A DNA stretch of 64,000 nucleotides, taken from a virus. Made by a program: the position numbers and the translations under genes. The stretch covers positions 1-64,000 of the IMG/VR virus record IMGVR_UViG_3300031957_002603; one strand, written 5' to 3'. Under the pieces are notes generated by a model. The model ran no database searches. It had not been told where the DNA came from and saw only the letters and a program-made list of their open reading frames with translations. Every line of letters starts with the position of its first letter. Positions within the stretch are counted from its first letter, which is position 1. Below are positions 15,961 to 25,538 of the stretch, piece by piece.

Positions 15961-16317
15961 ATGATTATTGATCACATTGCCATAAGGGCTGATGACATCC
16001 ATAAAGTTTCTAAATGGTACCAAGAAACAATTGGTGCCGAAGTTACTCATACAGATAAACATTATATTAGATTAACAACAGCAAATACAACATTTGCTAT
16101 CATTGATAAAAATAAATACCCAAAAAATCATATTGGGATTCTTGTTGATTCTCTCGATGATTTACCAGACGATGGAACACGAGTAGAACATCGAGATGGA
16201 ACTGTTGGTGTATATTGTGAGGATCCGGAAGGCAACTTTATCGAATTTATTTATTACACAGAAGAACTCAGACCTAAGTTTGTGACATATGGCTACACAA
16301 AAACAGATAGCGAATAA
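15961..16317 (+). CDS. VOC/glyoxalase family protein
   Basis: IDHIAI...HIGI...YCEDPEGNFIEF. Confidence 0.85.
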   Translation: MIIDHIAIRADDIHKVSKWYQETIGAEVTHTDKHYIRLTTANTTFAIIDKNKYPKNHIGILVDSLDDLPDDGTRVEHRDGTVGVYCEDPEGNFIEFIYYTEELRPKFVTYGYTKTDSE

Positions 16318-16489
16318 AAAAGTAATTTTTTGGAAAGACAAATGGAATTATTATGTCTATTTCCATCAAAATAATAAAACATCAAAATCCGGCCCTTGGT
16401 CAGAAGATATTGCCCTTGCATTGAGAAACGACTTACTAGTTAGTAGTATATGTGCTTGGGTAAAAAAGATAGATGAAAACGAACAATAG
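16289..16489 (+). CDS. Small hypothetical protein
   Basis: ORF overlapping both neighbours in operon fashion. Confidence 0.5.
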   Translation: MATQKQIANKKVIFWKDKWNYYVYFHQNNKTSKSGPWSEDIALALRNDLLVSSICAWVKKIDENEQ

Positions 16490-16727
16490 GCCTTTTGGCG
16501 AATCATTCAAAGATTATTTCAAAATTGGAGATTTGGTCACTTGGAGGCTGTATAGTAGTGATGTCGTCACTGGTGAAATTGTCCCAAGACAACTGACCGG
16601 TGTTATAACTGAAATATATGTAAGTCAAATGTCTGGTCGAAAAGTGTGGTATGCTAAAGTTTTTGAGGCGACATCTGGTTCTTTTTATAATATGAGCCTA
16701 ATGACTTTAACTCTATTAAAAGACTAA
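16473..16727 (+). CDS. Small SH3/KOW-like hypothetical protein
   Basis: FKIGDLVTW...GVITEI. Confidence 0.65.
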   Translation: MKTNNRPFGESFKDYFKIGDLVTWRLYSSDVVTGEIVPRQLTGVITEIYVSQMSGRKVWYAKVFEATSGSFYNMSLMTLTLLKD

Positions 16728-16734
16728 TTATAGC

Positions 16735-17541
16735 ATGCCTTGTAAGATTATTAATAACTCTGGTCTCGAAATATCAGGCTTTGAAGATATGATTCAATCC
16801 CTTGTTTCATTCTCACAAGATCGTTTTGGTTTTGAAAAGCCGCCATCTTTATTTCTCAATTCAGATTCCGATAATGCTACAAACCTTTTGGGCAAAACTG
16901 CTTATTATGATCCTGAAAATCAAGAGGTTCATGTTTATACAACTGATCGTCATCCAAAAGATATTATGCGATCAATTTCTCATGAACTTGTTCACCATAA
17001 TCAGAACTGCCAAGGGAATCTTGGAGGAGAACATTATTCAGGCGAAGGTTATGCTCAAAAAGACCCTCACATGAGAAAAATGGAACAAGAAGCATATTTA
17101 CAAGGGAATATGTGTTTTCGTGACTGGGAAGACGGTTACAAACAAAAACAACAAGTTTACAATGAATGGAGAACTAAAACAATGTCTTTAAATGAATGGA
17201 AAAACAAAGAACTATTTGATCTTTTGTCTCAAAAATGGGGATTTTCTAAAAATGTAATTACCGAAGCCAAAGGTGAAAAAGGTGATGCTGATCCTCTTGA
17301 TGGAGAAAGAGCAAAATTTGACAAAGACCATGACGGTGTACCCGATGGTGCTGATAAGGATAAAGATGATCCTGAAATTCAAGAAGATCTTAACGAAGGC
17401 GAAGAACAACTTGACGAAGAAGAGATCGAAGAGATTGCTGCCAAAAGATTTGGTAATGAAGACCGCGACGTTGGTCGCAATAGAATGCACGCTGATAGAA
17501 TGCACGAAGTTGTAAAAAGATTTAAAAAACTTATAAAATAA
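16735..17541 (+). CDS. Zincin-like peptidase domain plus acidic Ca-binding-like segment
   Basis: HELVHHNQ...MEQEAY; DKDHDGVPDGADKDKDDP. Confidence 0.7.
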   Translation: MPCKIINNSGLEISGFEDMIQSLVSFSQDRFGFEKPPSLFLNSDSDNATNLLGKTAYYDPENQEVHVYTTDRHPKDIMRSISHELVHHNQNCQGNLGGEHYSGEGYAQKDPHMRKMEQEAYLQGNMCFRDWEDGYKQKQQVYNEWRTKTMSLNEWKNKELFDLLSQKWGFSKNVITEAKGEKGDADPLDGERAKFDKDHDGVPDGADKDKDDPEIQEDLNEGEEQLDEEEIEEIAAKRFGNEDRDVGRNRMHADRMHEVVKRFKKLIK

Positions 17542-18467
17542 TGAGTAAAATTATTGAAATTAAAACATTAAAACAATTGTTCGAACTTTCTACAATGGCA
17601 GGAGGTTCGGTCGGAGGCTACTCAACACCCGAGGACGACAAGATGAAAAGAGAAGATATCGTAACAGAACAAAAGTTACGCAGTTACATTCGTAACAAAA
17701 TTAATGAGTCCTATAAAAGACAAAGGACCCAACAACTTAACGAAGAAGCAAAACTTCGACAAATTATTAGATCCATTCTTAAAGAGTCTGATATCTCTGA
17801 TATTCATCCTCATCGTTCAACTGGTATTAATGTTCTTGAAGATCTCCTCAAGAAAATGATTCCAACTCTTCGCACTGATTATAAGCGTTTGACTACATCA
17901 AAAGAACAGCGTGACTCTTTTCGTGCTCACATCGTTAATGCAATTAAAAAATCTTTATTGCCCTCGCTTGTTAACGACAAGTATGTTCAAGGTGATAATG
18001 TTGATCCCGGCATGCTTATGGCGGAGCCCGGTGGTGATGCTGAGGTTGATATCCCACCAGATCCAGAACTAGACGCTGAGGTTGATGATGAACTTGATGC
18101 AGAATTAGAGGATGAACTTCTTGAAGTAGACATCGATATTGATATCGAATCAGACCCAGACCCTGACAAGAAAGTTGATGCAGGTCTTGGTGACGAAGAG
18201 CCTAACGAAGAAGAAGAGTTTGGTTCAGGTATCGAAAATCAAGGTTTTGATGAGACCGGTAGAAACATGGCCTTTACCTGTTTCAAAAAAGTTCAGCAAT
18301 ATATTTTAGATTCATATGACCTCCTGCGTGATCCAAAGGATAAAAAAGTGTTTGTTGATTACTTGATAACAAATACCAAGTTGTATCTGGATAAGTTTGA
18401 AGACGAACTTCAGAATACAGTCGAAGAACCAACTACTCCAGAATACGAAAATACTAAGGGTGTATAA
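17541..18467 (+). CDS. Acidic putative virion-internal/scaffold-like protein
   Basis: EQKLRSYIR...INES, EAKLRQIIRSILKES motifs; long D/E-rich segment. Confidence 0.7.
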   Translation: MSKIIEIKTLKQLFELSTMAGGSVGGYSTPEDDKMKREDIVTEQKLRSYIRNKINESYKRQRTQQLNEEAKLRQIIRSILKESDISDIHPHRSTGINVLEDLLKKMIPTLRTDYKRLTTSKEQRDSFRAHIVNAIKKSLLPSLVNDKYVQGDNVDPGMLMAEPGGDAEVDIPPDPELDAEVDDELDAELEDELLEVDIDIDIESDPDPDKKVDAGLGDEEPNEEEEFGSGIENQGFDETGRNMAFTCFKKVQQYILDSYDLLRDPKDKKVFVDYLITNTKLYLDKFEDELQNTVEEPTTPEYENTKGV

Positions 18468-18468
18468 T

Positions 18469-18497
18469 AATATAACATATTATGAATACATTGTCAA
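18469..18497 (-). promoter_or_regulatory. sigma70-type promoter on the minus strand
   Basis: Reverse complement reads TTGACA-N17-TATATT with TG extension. Confidence 0.6.
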
Positions 18498-18569
18498 GTA
18501 AATAATATTAATATTAATAAGATTATATTATTATAATATATTATATATAAGATTAATAAGATATATAAA

Positions 18570-18950
18570 ATGATATGGAAAAAGAAATTAAGAGAATATA
18601 AAGGAACAAATTATTATTACTCTTTAAGAAATAAATTAAGAGAAGATAGAAAAGTTGATGATCACTTTGAAATGCTCTTAAATAGATTAACGATGGAAGA
18701 ACTCATCGGTCTGAAATTAGAATTAGCCTCATCTCATCTTAATGATAGAATGTATGGTTTTCCTATTCTCTCAGCAATGAGATCTATTTGTGAAGAAGCC
18801 TGTATTCGCTATGCAGCATCAGCATGTAAAACTACAGTTGAAGCAGCATTGTTTTTAGGTATCGATAGAGCGAGATACTTAAACAAAATTAAAAAATTCA
18901 ATATTAGAAAAGATTTAGTAGAGGCAAGAGATGCTAACAGCAATGGGTGA
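18570..18950 (+). CDS. Protein with C-terminal Fis-like helix-turn-helix
   Basis: EAALFLGIDRARYLNKIKKFNI. Confidence 0.6.
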   Translation: MIWKKKLREYKGTNYYYSLRNKLREDRKVDDHFEMLLNRLTMEELIGLKLELASSHLNDRMYGFPILSAMRSICEEACIRYAASACKTTVEAALFLGIDRARYLNKIKKFNIRKDLVEARDANSNG

Positions 18951-19521
18951 TGTTATGCGAGAGGCATACAAACGAAATTGGATTACAACTAGAGATGGAA
19001 ATATTTCTTTAAAAAGAAAAAACTCAAATCTTCTTTATATTACTCCCTCCGGCGTAAGAAAGACAATTATACACCCAGAACATATTATCAAAATTCCAAT
19101 TAAAGAAAATAATTTAGATCTTGAAGAAGGAATTAGTCCTTCAGGCGAACTTCATATGCATTGGAATATTCAAAAAAATACCAAAAGAACAAGGGCTGTA
19201 GTACATCTTCATCCTACTTATTGTGTAGCCGCAATGCACGCTGGATTATGTCTTCAAGAAATTGTAAAACCTTTTCCAGAACTATATCGTTATACGAAAG
19301 TAGGTAAAAATGTGTCTTCTCATCCTCCACTAACACTAGAACTTGCGAACGAAACTGCCCTTCGTCTCGCAGTCCAAAGAGACGGGTCCTGTGAGTTTGA
19401 TATCGTTGGCCAGAAAGGTCATGGTGTCTGCTCCGTGGGCCCCGATCCATGGACCGCTTTTGAACATATTGAACGCCTCGAACACATTTGCAAGATCGTT
19501 CTTTTGTCTGGAAATTACTAA
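18931..19521 (+). CDS. Class II aldolase/adducin family protein
   Basis: DGNIS, ITPSG, PSGELHMH, VVHLHP, KGHG. Confidence 0.88.
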   Translation: MLTAMGDVMREAYKRNWITTRDGNISLKRKNSNLLYITPSGVRKTIIHPEHIIKIPIKENNLDLEEGISPSGELHMHWNIQKNTKRTRAVVHLHPTYCVAAMHAGLCLQEIVKPFPELYRYTKVGKNVSSHPPLTLELANETALRLAVQRDGSCEFDIVGQKGHGVCSVGPDPWTAFEHIERLEHICKIVLLSGNY

Positions 19522-19541
19522 TTAAGCATAGGTACGAGACC

Positions 19542-21683
19542 ATGCTTATATCAGAAATTAAACGAAGAACATTTTGCAAATTGCTTGGAGTCTTAGGACT
19601 CTCCGGGATGGGATGTAATATTGATTATAGCCTTGGCCATCTCAAAGGTGAAAATGAGGCTGGTGAGCCCTTACCAAAATGCATTCAAAATCCGCAGTTT
19701 GAGCCTGCTTTTGATGATCCAATCTGGCGAGAAGGCAATGTCAAACTTGATGATTTTATTCAGAGTATCCCTGATAATGATTTTGTTTTTTCAAAATATG
19801 AAAATGATGAATTGGTCATTTTAATTCAAAATGTTCCAATTGATGCTGACATTTTTAATGCTAGACATGTTGCATCATCTGGTAATAATGTTTTTTCTGA
19901 AGAGCAAATAGCAAATTATTATGATTTAGATTCAGATGATCCAAAAGTTTTAATTTCTGTTGAGATGAAATTACCGCTCCAAATAAAAGACGGCGAATAT
20001 TATGTTAAATCTTTTGTAGATACTGGTGGTAATTTTTATACAATACCACAGAGAAATTCATCAGAATGCTCAGGGGATTATATTGCATGGCTTGAACCTA
20101 AGTTATATGAATCGGTGAGCAATATGATTGACGAAGTTATTGAAGAAAAAAAGAAAAAAAAGAAGAAAAAATCATCTGGTAAAAAAGATGCTTGTTATCA
20201 TAAAGTGAGATCACGCTATGATGTGTGGCCTTCTGCTTATGCTTCTGGCGCTCTCGTAAAATGCCGCAAGGTTGGTGCTAAGAACTGGGGTAATAAATCC
20301 AAGAACGAAGAATTCATACCCGGTGGTGAATCTTCAAAATATGGTGACGTAACAGTCGAAGAAATGATCTCAAAGATAGCCCAAGAGCACGGTGTCCCTG
20401 TTGAGAAGATTCAAGACGAATTCAAGATGGGTGTTGAAGAAGAAATGGAACACGCTGAAGAAGAAATGATTGCTCAAGAAATTACCTTAGATCATCTGGT
20501 TGAAGATCCTGAGTATTATTCTAAACTCGATAAATTACAATTAGAAGAAATTTATATTGTTGAAGAAAAATCTGAACTTACACCTGAAAATCTTGAAAAA
20601 ATCTTGAGAGATGAAGGCGGGGCTTCTGGTATGGACCCTTTCAAAAAAGCAATCGATGCCTCTGAAGAAGAGATCAAAAAGGCTCTCGATAAGATGTCAA
20701 ATGTCGGTATGCACGAAGATGGCGACTATATACTAGAGGATGATAAAGAAATTATTATCAAAGAAGAGGGAGTCATCGATGAAGAACAAGAAGAGACAAC
20801 GCTTGATGAGAAACGCAAAAAGCGAAAGAAAGCCGGAACAGAATCTTCCAAAGAGTCCAATCTTAGAGACTGGTTCAAACGCAAGGGTGCAAAAGGCTCT
20901 AAAGGAGGCTGGGTTGATTGCAACGCTCCCGACGGAAAAGGAGGATACAAGTCCTGCGGTCGAGGAAGCGGAGAAAAAAGAAAAAGATACCCAGCCTGTC
21001 GCCCCACACCTTCGGCTTGTAAAGAGCGTGGAAGAGGCAAATCATGGGGAAAGAAGGGATCAAAACGAAGAAAGTCAAGAAGAAATGAAAACCTTCTCAG
21101 AACGCTGGTTAGAGAAGAAGCAGAAAAGACAATCTTCGGTAAGACAATCTCAGAAGGACTTAGGTTTCACATTACTAATGACATGCCTATTAGGGATAAT
21201 GTTTATCGCCACGGTACTAGCAGATATTTTTCTCTCGTAAACGAAGCACGTGATCTCTGGAAAGAAGGCAAACTGAATCTTGATGAAGAAGATATCGAGA
21301 TCATGGAATCTGATCTCGGACAATTCGGGTCATTTGCAGGGCAACAAGTTCCTCTTGATTTTCCAATGATGATTGACGAGTCTCTTGACGAAGCCAAAAA
21401 GAAAAAGAAGAAAGATCCTCCAATCGGAAAGCCAACTAAGAACACTGGCGGAGGAAAGAAATATAAAGTTTTTGTCCGCAACCCAAAAACGGGCAAGATC
21501 AAGAAAATCACCTATGGTGACTCCAAAGGTGGTCTCAAGGGCAACTGGAACAATGCCGAAGCACGCAAGTCATTTGCTGCTCGTCACAATTGCAAAGACA
21601 AGAAAGACAGAACCAAAGCAGGATACTGGGCTTGTCGAGCACACAAAGATTTTGGAACGAACGTTCCGGGGAGATTTTGGTAA
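19542..21683 (+). CDS. Multi-module protein (putative polyprotein) with Tat/lipoprotein-like N-terminus and several basic Cys-containing modules
   Basis: KRRTFCKLLGVLGLSGMGC; modules WPSAYASG, EEEMEH...DHLVEDPEYY, LRDWF...GGWV, RKSFAARHNC...YWAC; start placed at ATG 19542. Confidence 0.75.
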   Translation: MLISEIKRRTFCKLLGVLGLSGMGCNIDYSLGHLKGENEAGEPLPKCIQNPQFEPAFDDPIWREGNVKLDDFIQSIPDNDFVFSKYENDELVILIQNVPIDADIFNARHVASSGNNVFSEEQIANYYDLDSDDPKVLISVEMKLPLQIKDGEYYVKSFVDTGGNFYTIPQRNSSECSGDYIAWLEPKLYESVSNMIDEVIEEKKKKKKKKSSGKKDACYHKVRSRYDVWPSAYASGALVKCRKVGAKNWGNKSKNEEFIPGGESSKYGDVTVEEMISKIAQEHGVPVEKIQDEFKMGVEEEMEHAEEEMIAQEITLDHLVEDPEYYSKLDKLQLEEIYIVEEKSELTPENLEKILRDEGGASGMDPFKKAIDASEEEIKKALDKMSNVGMHEDGDYILEDDKEIIIKEEGVIDEEQEETTLDEKRKKRKKAGTESSKESNLRDWFKRKGAKGSKGGWVDCNAPDGKGGYKSCGRGSGEKRKRYPACRPTPSACKERGRGKSWGKKGSKRRKSRRNENLLRTLVREEAEKTIFGKTISEGLRFHITNDMPIRDNVYRHGTSRYFSLVNEARDLWKEGKLNLDEEDIEIMESDLGQFGSFAGQQVPLDFPMMIDESLDEAKKKKKKDPPIGKPTKNTGGGKKYKVFVRNPKTGKIKKITYGDSKGGLKGNWNNAEARKSFAARHNCKDKKDRTKAGYWACRAHKDFGTNVPGRFW

Positions 21684-21937
21684 TGGCTGCTATTACGAAA
21701 GATGATCTATGGAAAGCATTTTCCTTGATAATGTCCGCATTGGTTTTGCCTCTTGCTGGTTGGGTTTGGAACACCAATGTGAAAGTTGCTGAACTCCAGA
21801 ACGATCTCGGTGATGCTGAGAAAGAAATCGCTGAGTTGAAAGACGAAGGCTTTGAAGGTCGAATAATCGGCATGGAAAAAGACATGGAATGGATGAAGGG
21901 AACCCTTGGTCGCATTGAACAGGTCGTGACAAAATGA
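21683..21937 (+). CDS. Membrane-anchored coiled-coil protein
   Basis: ATG overlapping the upstream TAA; one TM helix then heptad pattern. Confidence 0.65.
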   Translation: MAAITKDDLWKAFSLIMSALVLPLAGWVWNTNVKVAELQNDLGDAEKEIAELKDEGFEGRIIGMEKDMEWMKGTLGRIEQVVTK

Positions 21938-22248
21938 TTTTGTTTTTTCTTGCCTGTGTCGCTCAAGCCGATGAAATGATTGCTGATGAACCACCATCAG
22001 AAATCATTGAACTTAACGACACAGAGATGCCTGAACATCCAGAAGATCCTGCTAAAGAACAGATTATGATTGATATGTTGTCAATCGAACTTTTCTTGAC
22101 TGATAAGAAGAATTTCGAATTATATTGCAAAGGAATCAAATGGGAACAACCATCGATCAAGATTTATAAAAAAGAATTGGTCTCGCAACTTCCTGCGAAT
22201 TGTGTGGCCAAAGTTCCCGCTCTTGACCCAACTGAGGAAGAAAAATGA
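21934..22248 (+). CDS. Hypothetical exported/lipoprotein-like protein
   Basis: MILFFLAC N-terminus; ATGA overlap with next gene. Confidence 0.6.
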   Translation: MILFFLACVAQADEMIADEPPSEIIELNDTEMPEHPEDPAKEQIMIDMLSIELFLTDKKNFELYCKGIKWEQPSIKIYKKELVSQLPANCVAKVPALDPTEEEK

Positions 22249-22547
22249 ATCTCACAAAAGAACAATTGCGTAAAATTATCAACGAAGAAATCAATAATTT
22301 TATTGCAGAGCAAGTGATCGAACCAAATGAAAAATACAACGAAGCAATCAGAGATATTCTTTCTGATATTGAAGATAGCAAGACTTTTCGTCTTAAGAAG
22401 GGTCGCTTCAGCAATTATTTCAAAACCATCAAATATCCGAATCACCCAGCCCGTGATCTTGCAGATGGTTACGAAGTTCAGGAATACAGTCGCCCCGACT
22501 ATGACGAGTACGTAATTAAAAAAGAAGATGAGCGATTTTCCATTTAA
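22245..22547 (+). CDS. Putative virion-internal protein with IINEE leader
   Basis: MNLTKEQLRKIINEEINNFIAE. Confidence 0.7.
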   Translation: MNLTKEQLRKIINEEINNFIAEQVIEPNEKYNEAIRDILSDIEDSKTFRLKKGRFSNYFKTIKYPNHPARDLADGYEVQEYSRPDYDEYVIKKEDERFSI

Positions 22548-22803
22548 AGAGAAACAGATAGCCGAGAATGTTTTTCTTCGTTATTTTCATCATAATGTTT
22601 TGTCCGAGGAACTTATCTGGCATCAAGACAGAGAGGACCGAGTATTGGAAGTCATACAATCAGACAATTGGTACTTCCAGAAGGATGATCAAGTCCCTTT
22701 TAAACTAGAAAAGGGTATGAAATTTTCAATAAAAAAGATGGAATACCACCGCCTGCTTCGAGGTAAGGGCGATTTAATAATAAAAGTTACCAAATATACT
22801 TGA
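22528..22803 (+). CDS. Cupin-like small phage protein
   Basis: WHQDREDR...YHRLLRG. Confidence 0.65.
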   Translation: MSDFPFKEKQIAENVFLRYFHHNVLSEELIWHQDREDRVLEVIQSDNWYFQKDDQVPFKLEKGMKFSIKKMEYHRLLRGKGDLIIKVTKYT

Positions 22804-22828
22804 CAAATATGACTCACCGTGATACAAT
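22800..22828 (+). promoter_or_regulatory. sigma70-type promoter
   Basis: TTGACA 22800-22805, N17, TACAAT 22823-22828. Confidence 0.85.
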
Positions 22829-22850
22829 ATAAACATCACAAGGAGTCACA

Positions 22851-23795
22851 ATGAACTACAATCTAGGATACGCCTGCATCAACATGGCACTTTCTTACCC
22901 AGAAAAAGGCAAGGAACGAATTACCACAAATCGGAGCATGATTAAGCGAACTTTTCAACAGAAAGGTCTTCCCTATGCTTCTGCCCTCACACTTCAAAAC
23001 GCAAAAGATCTTTTGCAAATATTGCAATGGAATGAGCAGCACGGCATCAAATTTTACCGCATGTCCTCCGACCTCATACCTTGGGCTTCGGAGTATGACC
23101 TGAAGGATCTGCCCGACTTTGATGCAATTGAAGAAGCACTATATGAAGCAGGTCTCTATGCTGCCGAGCATAATATGCGAATCACAACACATCCCGGTCA
23201 CTTCAACAAGTTGACCTCGCCAAAAGAAGAGGTCATCCAACGCACCATGCGAGATCTTGAGATTCATGGTGAAATCTTTGATTTGATGTGTCTTCCGAGA
23301 ACACACTTCGCAAAGATAAATATTCATGTTGGTGCTACTTATAACGATCGTCGAATGGCCCTCGATAATTTCTGCAAGAATTTTGAGCGTTTGCCAGAAT
23401 CTGTCCGTTCTCGTTTGACTGTTGAGAACGATGACAAAGCATCACTTTATTCAACAAAGGAGTTGTATGATGAAGTCTATACTCGTATTGGTGTCCCTAT
23501 TGTCTTTGATTATCACCATCATAAGTTCTGCACAGGAGACCAAACTGAACGTGAAGCCGTTCACTTGGCTGCATCAACTTGGGGAACCGTTCGCCCTGTT
23601 GTTCATTATTCTGAATCTCGCGCTGATGAGCACAATGATGATTCTATAAAACCACAAGCACATTCAGACTCCTATGTAAACCCAATTGATTTCCATGGGC
23701 TCGACCTCGATGTAATGCTTGAGGCCAAGCACAAAGAAATTGCTTTATTCAAAATGCGAGAATTGTTGAAAAATAATTTGACAATGGCTGCATAA
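22851..23795 (+). CDS. uvsE: UV DNA damage endonuclease
   Basis: LGYACIN, FYRMSS, HPGHF, INIHVG, VENDD, FDYHHH, AHSD, MLEAKHKE. Confidence 0.93.
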   Translation: MNYNLGYACINMALSYPEKGKERITTNRSMIKRTFQQKGLPYASALTLQNAKDLLQILQWNEQHGIKFYRMSSDLIPWASEYDLKDLPDFDAIEEALYEAGLYAAEHNMRITTHPGHFNKLTSPKEEVIQRTMRDLEIHGEIFDLMCLPRTHFAKINIHVGATYNDRRMALDNFCKNFERLPESVRSRLTVENDDKASLYSTKELYDEVYTRIGVPIVFDYHHHKFCTGDQTEREAVHLAASTWGTVRPVVHYSESRADEHNDDSIKPQAHSDSYVNPIDFHGLDLDVMLEAKHKEIALFKMRELLKNNLTMAA

Positions 23796-23806
23796 CATGT
23801 TATAAT
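23778..23806 (+). promoter_or_regulatory. sigma70-type promoter (perfect consensus)
   Basis: TTGACA 23778-23783, N17, TATAAT 23801-23806. Confidence 0.85.
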
Positions 23807-23847
23807 ATATACACTAAGGATTAATACAAACAAATATAGGAGACCTT

Positions 23848-24108
23848 ATGAATCAAAAAAAATTAAATCAAATCGCTGAACGTTGGAAAGGCAAGAGCGG
23901 TGGTCCGGAAGCGGAAACTACAATTGCAGACTCAAAAATGGATAAGAATTGTGTCCATGTTTGGTCTTGTACTTCAGATGTTGCAAAGATCATCGATCGT
24001 TGTGGCACCGCTATCAAGAAAATCAAAGAAGACGAAGAAGGTGTCTCCTTTGAGATCGATCGCTCTGCCTTTCGTGGAGCACCTTATGCGTTCAAGGTAT
24101 TGAAATGA
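23848..24108 (+). CDS. Hypothetical protein
   Basis: RBS AGGAG, ORF 86 aa. Confidence 0.7.
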   Translation: MNQKKLNQIAERWKGKSGGPEAETTIADSKMDKNCVHVWSCTSDVAKIIDRCGTAIKKIKEDEEGVSFEIDRSAFRGAPYAFKVLK

Positions 24109-24899
24109 AAAATATTGTCCTGTATGATATGGACGGAACTTTAACTCCTCCTCGTGAATCACTGGAGGAGTCTTTAGTTCCTGTTCTGGAGAATCTGTCT
24201 GAGGTAGCCGAGATTGGAATTGTAACCGGTTCTGATTTTGGTTATCTGAAGCAACAAGTTGGGTTATTGTTTAATAATTCTAAAATAAGAAAGAAGTTAC
24301 ACCTTCTACCTTGTAATGGAACTAAGCATTATTATCCTCCAAAAAACAATGATGATTATCAACTTGTATCGTCGAATGACATGGTCAAAGAACTTGGCCG
24401 TAGAAACTTCCAACAGTTGATGTTAATTTTAATTGAACAACAAGCCAACTTTGCTACAGACAGATTCCCACTTACAGGGCATTTTATAAATTATCGTGGC
24501 TCAATGATTAACTGGTGTCCTATTGGTCGCAATGCATCCACCGAGGATCGCCAGTTTTTTGTTGAGTATGATAAATCTTTCGAGCCTAGTTTACGAGAAA
24601 GATTCTTGGATAGACTAAGACATTATATTAATTTAAAAAGAATTTTAAATGTTGAAGTAAAACTTGGTGGTGACACTTCATTTGATATATTTCCAACCGG
24701 ATGGGATAAAACATATGCCCTCCAACATTTTCCATTTTATAATCATTGGTTCGTTGGTGACCGATGTGGTCCTAATGGTAATGATAAAGAAATTTACGAT
24801 TTTTTAAAACATCAAAATAGAGCATATAAAACTACCTCACCACAGCAAACAGCAGAGATCACAAAGAGAATTATAAATGACATTCAAAAGCCTAACTAA
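24105..24899 (+). CDS. HAD-family (eukaryote-type) phosphomannomutase
   Basis: DMDGTLTPPR, VTGSD, RGSMINWCPIGRNA, GGDTSFDIFPTGWDKTYAL, GD...GNDKEI. Confidence 0.88.
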   Translation: MKNIVLYDMDGTLTPPRESLEESLVPVLENLSEVAEIGIVTGSDFGYLKQQVGLLFNNSKIRKKLHLLPCNGTKHYYPPKNNDDYQLVSSNDMVKELGRRNFQQLMLILIEQQANFATDRFPLTGHFINYRGSMINWCPIGRNASTEDRQFFVEYDKSFEPSLRERFLDRLRHYINLKRILNVEVKLGGDTSFDIFPTGWDKTYALQHFPFYNHWFVGDRCGPNGNDKEIYDFLKHQNRAYKTTSPQQTAEITKRIINDIQKPN

Positions 24900-25428
24900 A
24901 GATGAATTGACTGAATATTTAACAAATGGTATTCCTTTGCCCAAGTCTGCAATGACAGATGAGAATACAATTGATTTTTATTTTGAAGAATTGTTACAAT
25001 TTATTAACATAGCAGAGAACAATTACTGGGCCAAATCAAGCGATTACTTGGAATTAACAATAACAGTTGATGATGATGATTTTCTTATTTTAAGATTTGT
25101 TCATGACTGTATCATGATTTATTTGGTTAATTCAAGGCCTGATATTATTGACACAATGACACCAGAAGAAGCCAGCGATGTTGTTGGTATGGTATATGGT
25201 ATCACGGTTTACAATGAGAAATGGGTCCAAGTAAATGAGTTAGTTGAAGAGTTCACAGAGGAACTTGTCAATAAACTTGAATATAATGCGACAAAATCCA
25301 AAGTAAAAATGGATCCAAAATTATTAGCAAAATTAAATAAATCGCCTTTGCAACATCCTGATAAGACTTTAAAAATGAGCGATTATAAAAAATATTTTAA
25401 GAAAGGAAAAAAGAGCGATTATAAATAA
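24877..25428 (+). CDS. Hypothetical protein
   Basis: ORF 183 aa in operon. Confidence 0.65.
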   Translation: MTFKSLTKDELTEYLTNGIPLPKSAMTDENTIDFYFEELLQFINIAENNYWAKSSDYLELTITVDDDDFLILRFVHDCIMIYLVNSRPDIIDTMTPEEASDVVGMVYGITVYNEKWVQVNELVEEFTEELVNKLEYNATKSKVKMDPKLLAKLNKSPLQHPDKTLKMSDYKKYFKKGKKSDYK

Positions 25429-25505
25429 ACACCCATGGCTCAACTGGATAGAGCATCGGCCTTCTAAGCCGAGGGTTGCAGGTTCGAGTCCTGCTGGGTG
25501 TACCA
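25429..25505 (+). tRNA. tRNA-Arg (UCU)
   Basis: Acceptor ACACCCA/TGGGTGT, D-arm GCTC/GAGC, anticodon loop CT-TCT-AA, T-loop TTCGAGT, encoded CCA. Confidence 0.95.
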
Positions 25506-25538
25506 TTTAAAATCACACTATTTATAACGTGTGAGGAT

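Noticed and set aside
25476-25538. Upstream extension of ORF 25476-25868
   Set aside because: Overlaps the tRNA; an RBS-led ATG exists at 25539
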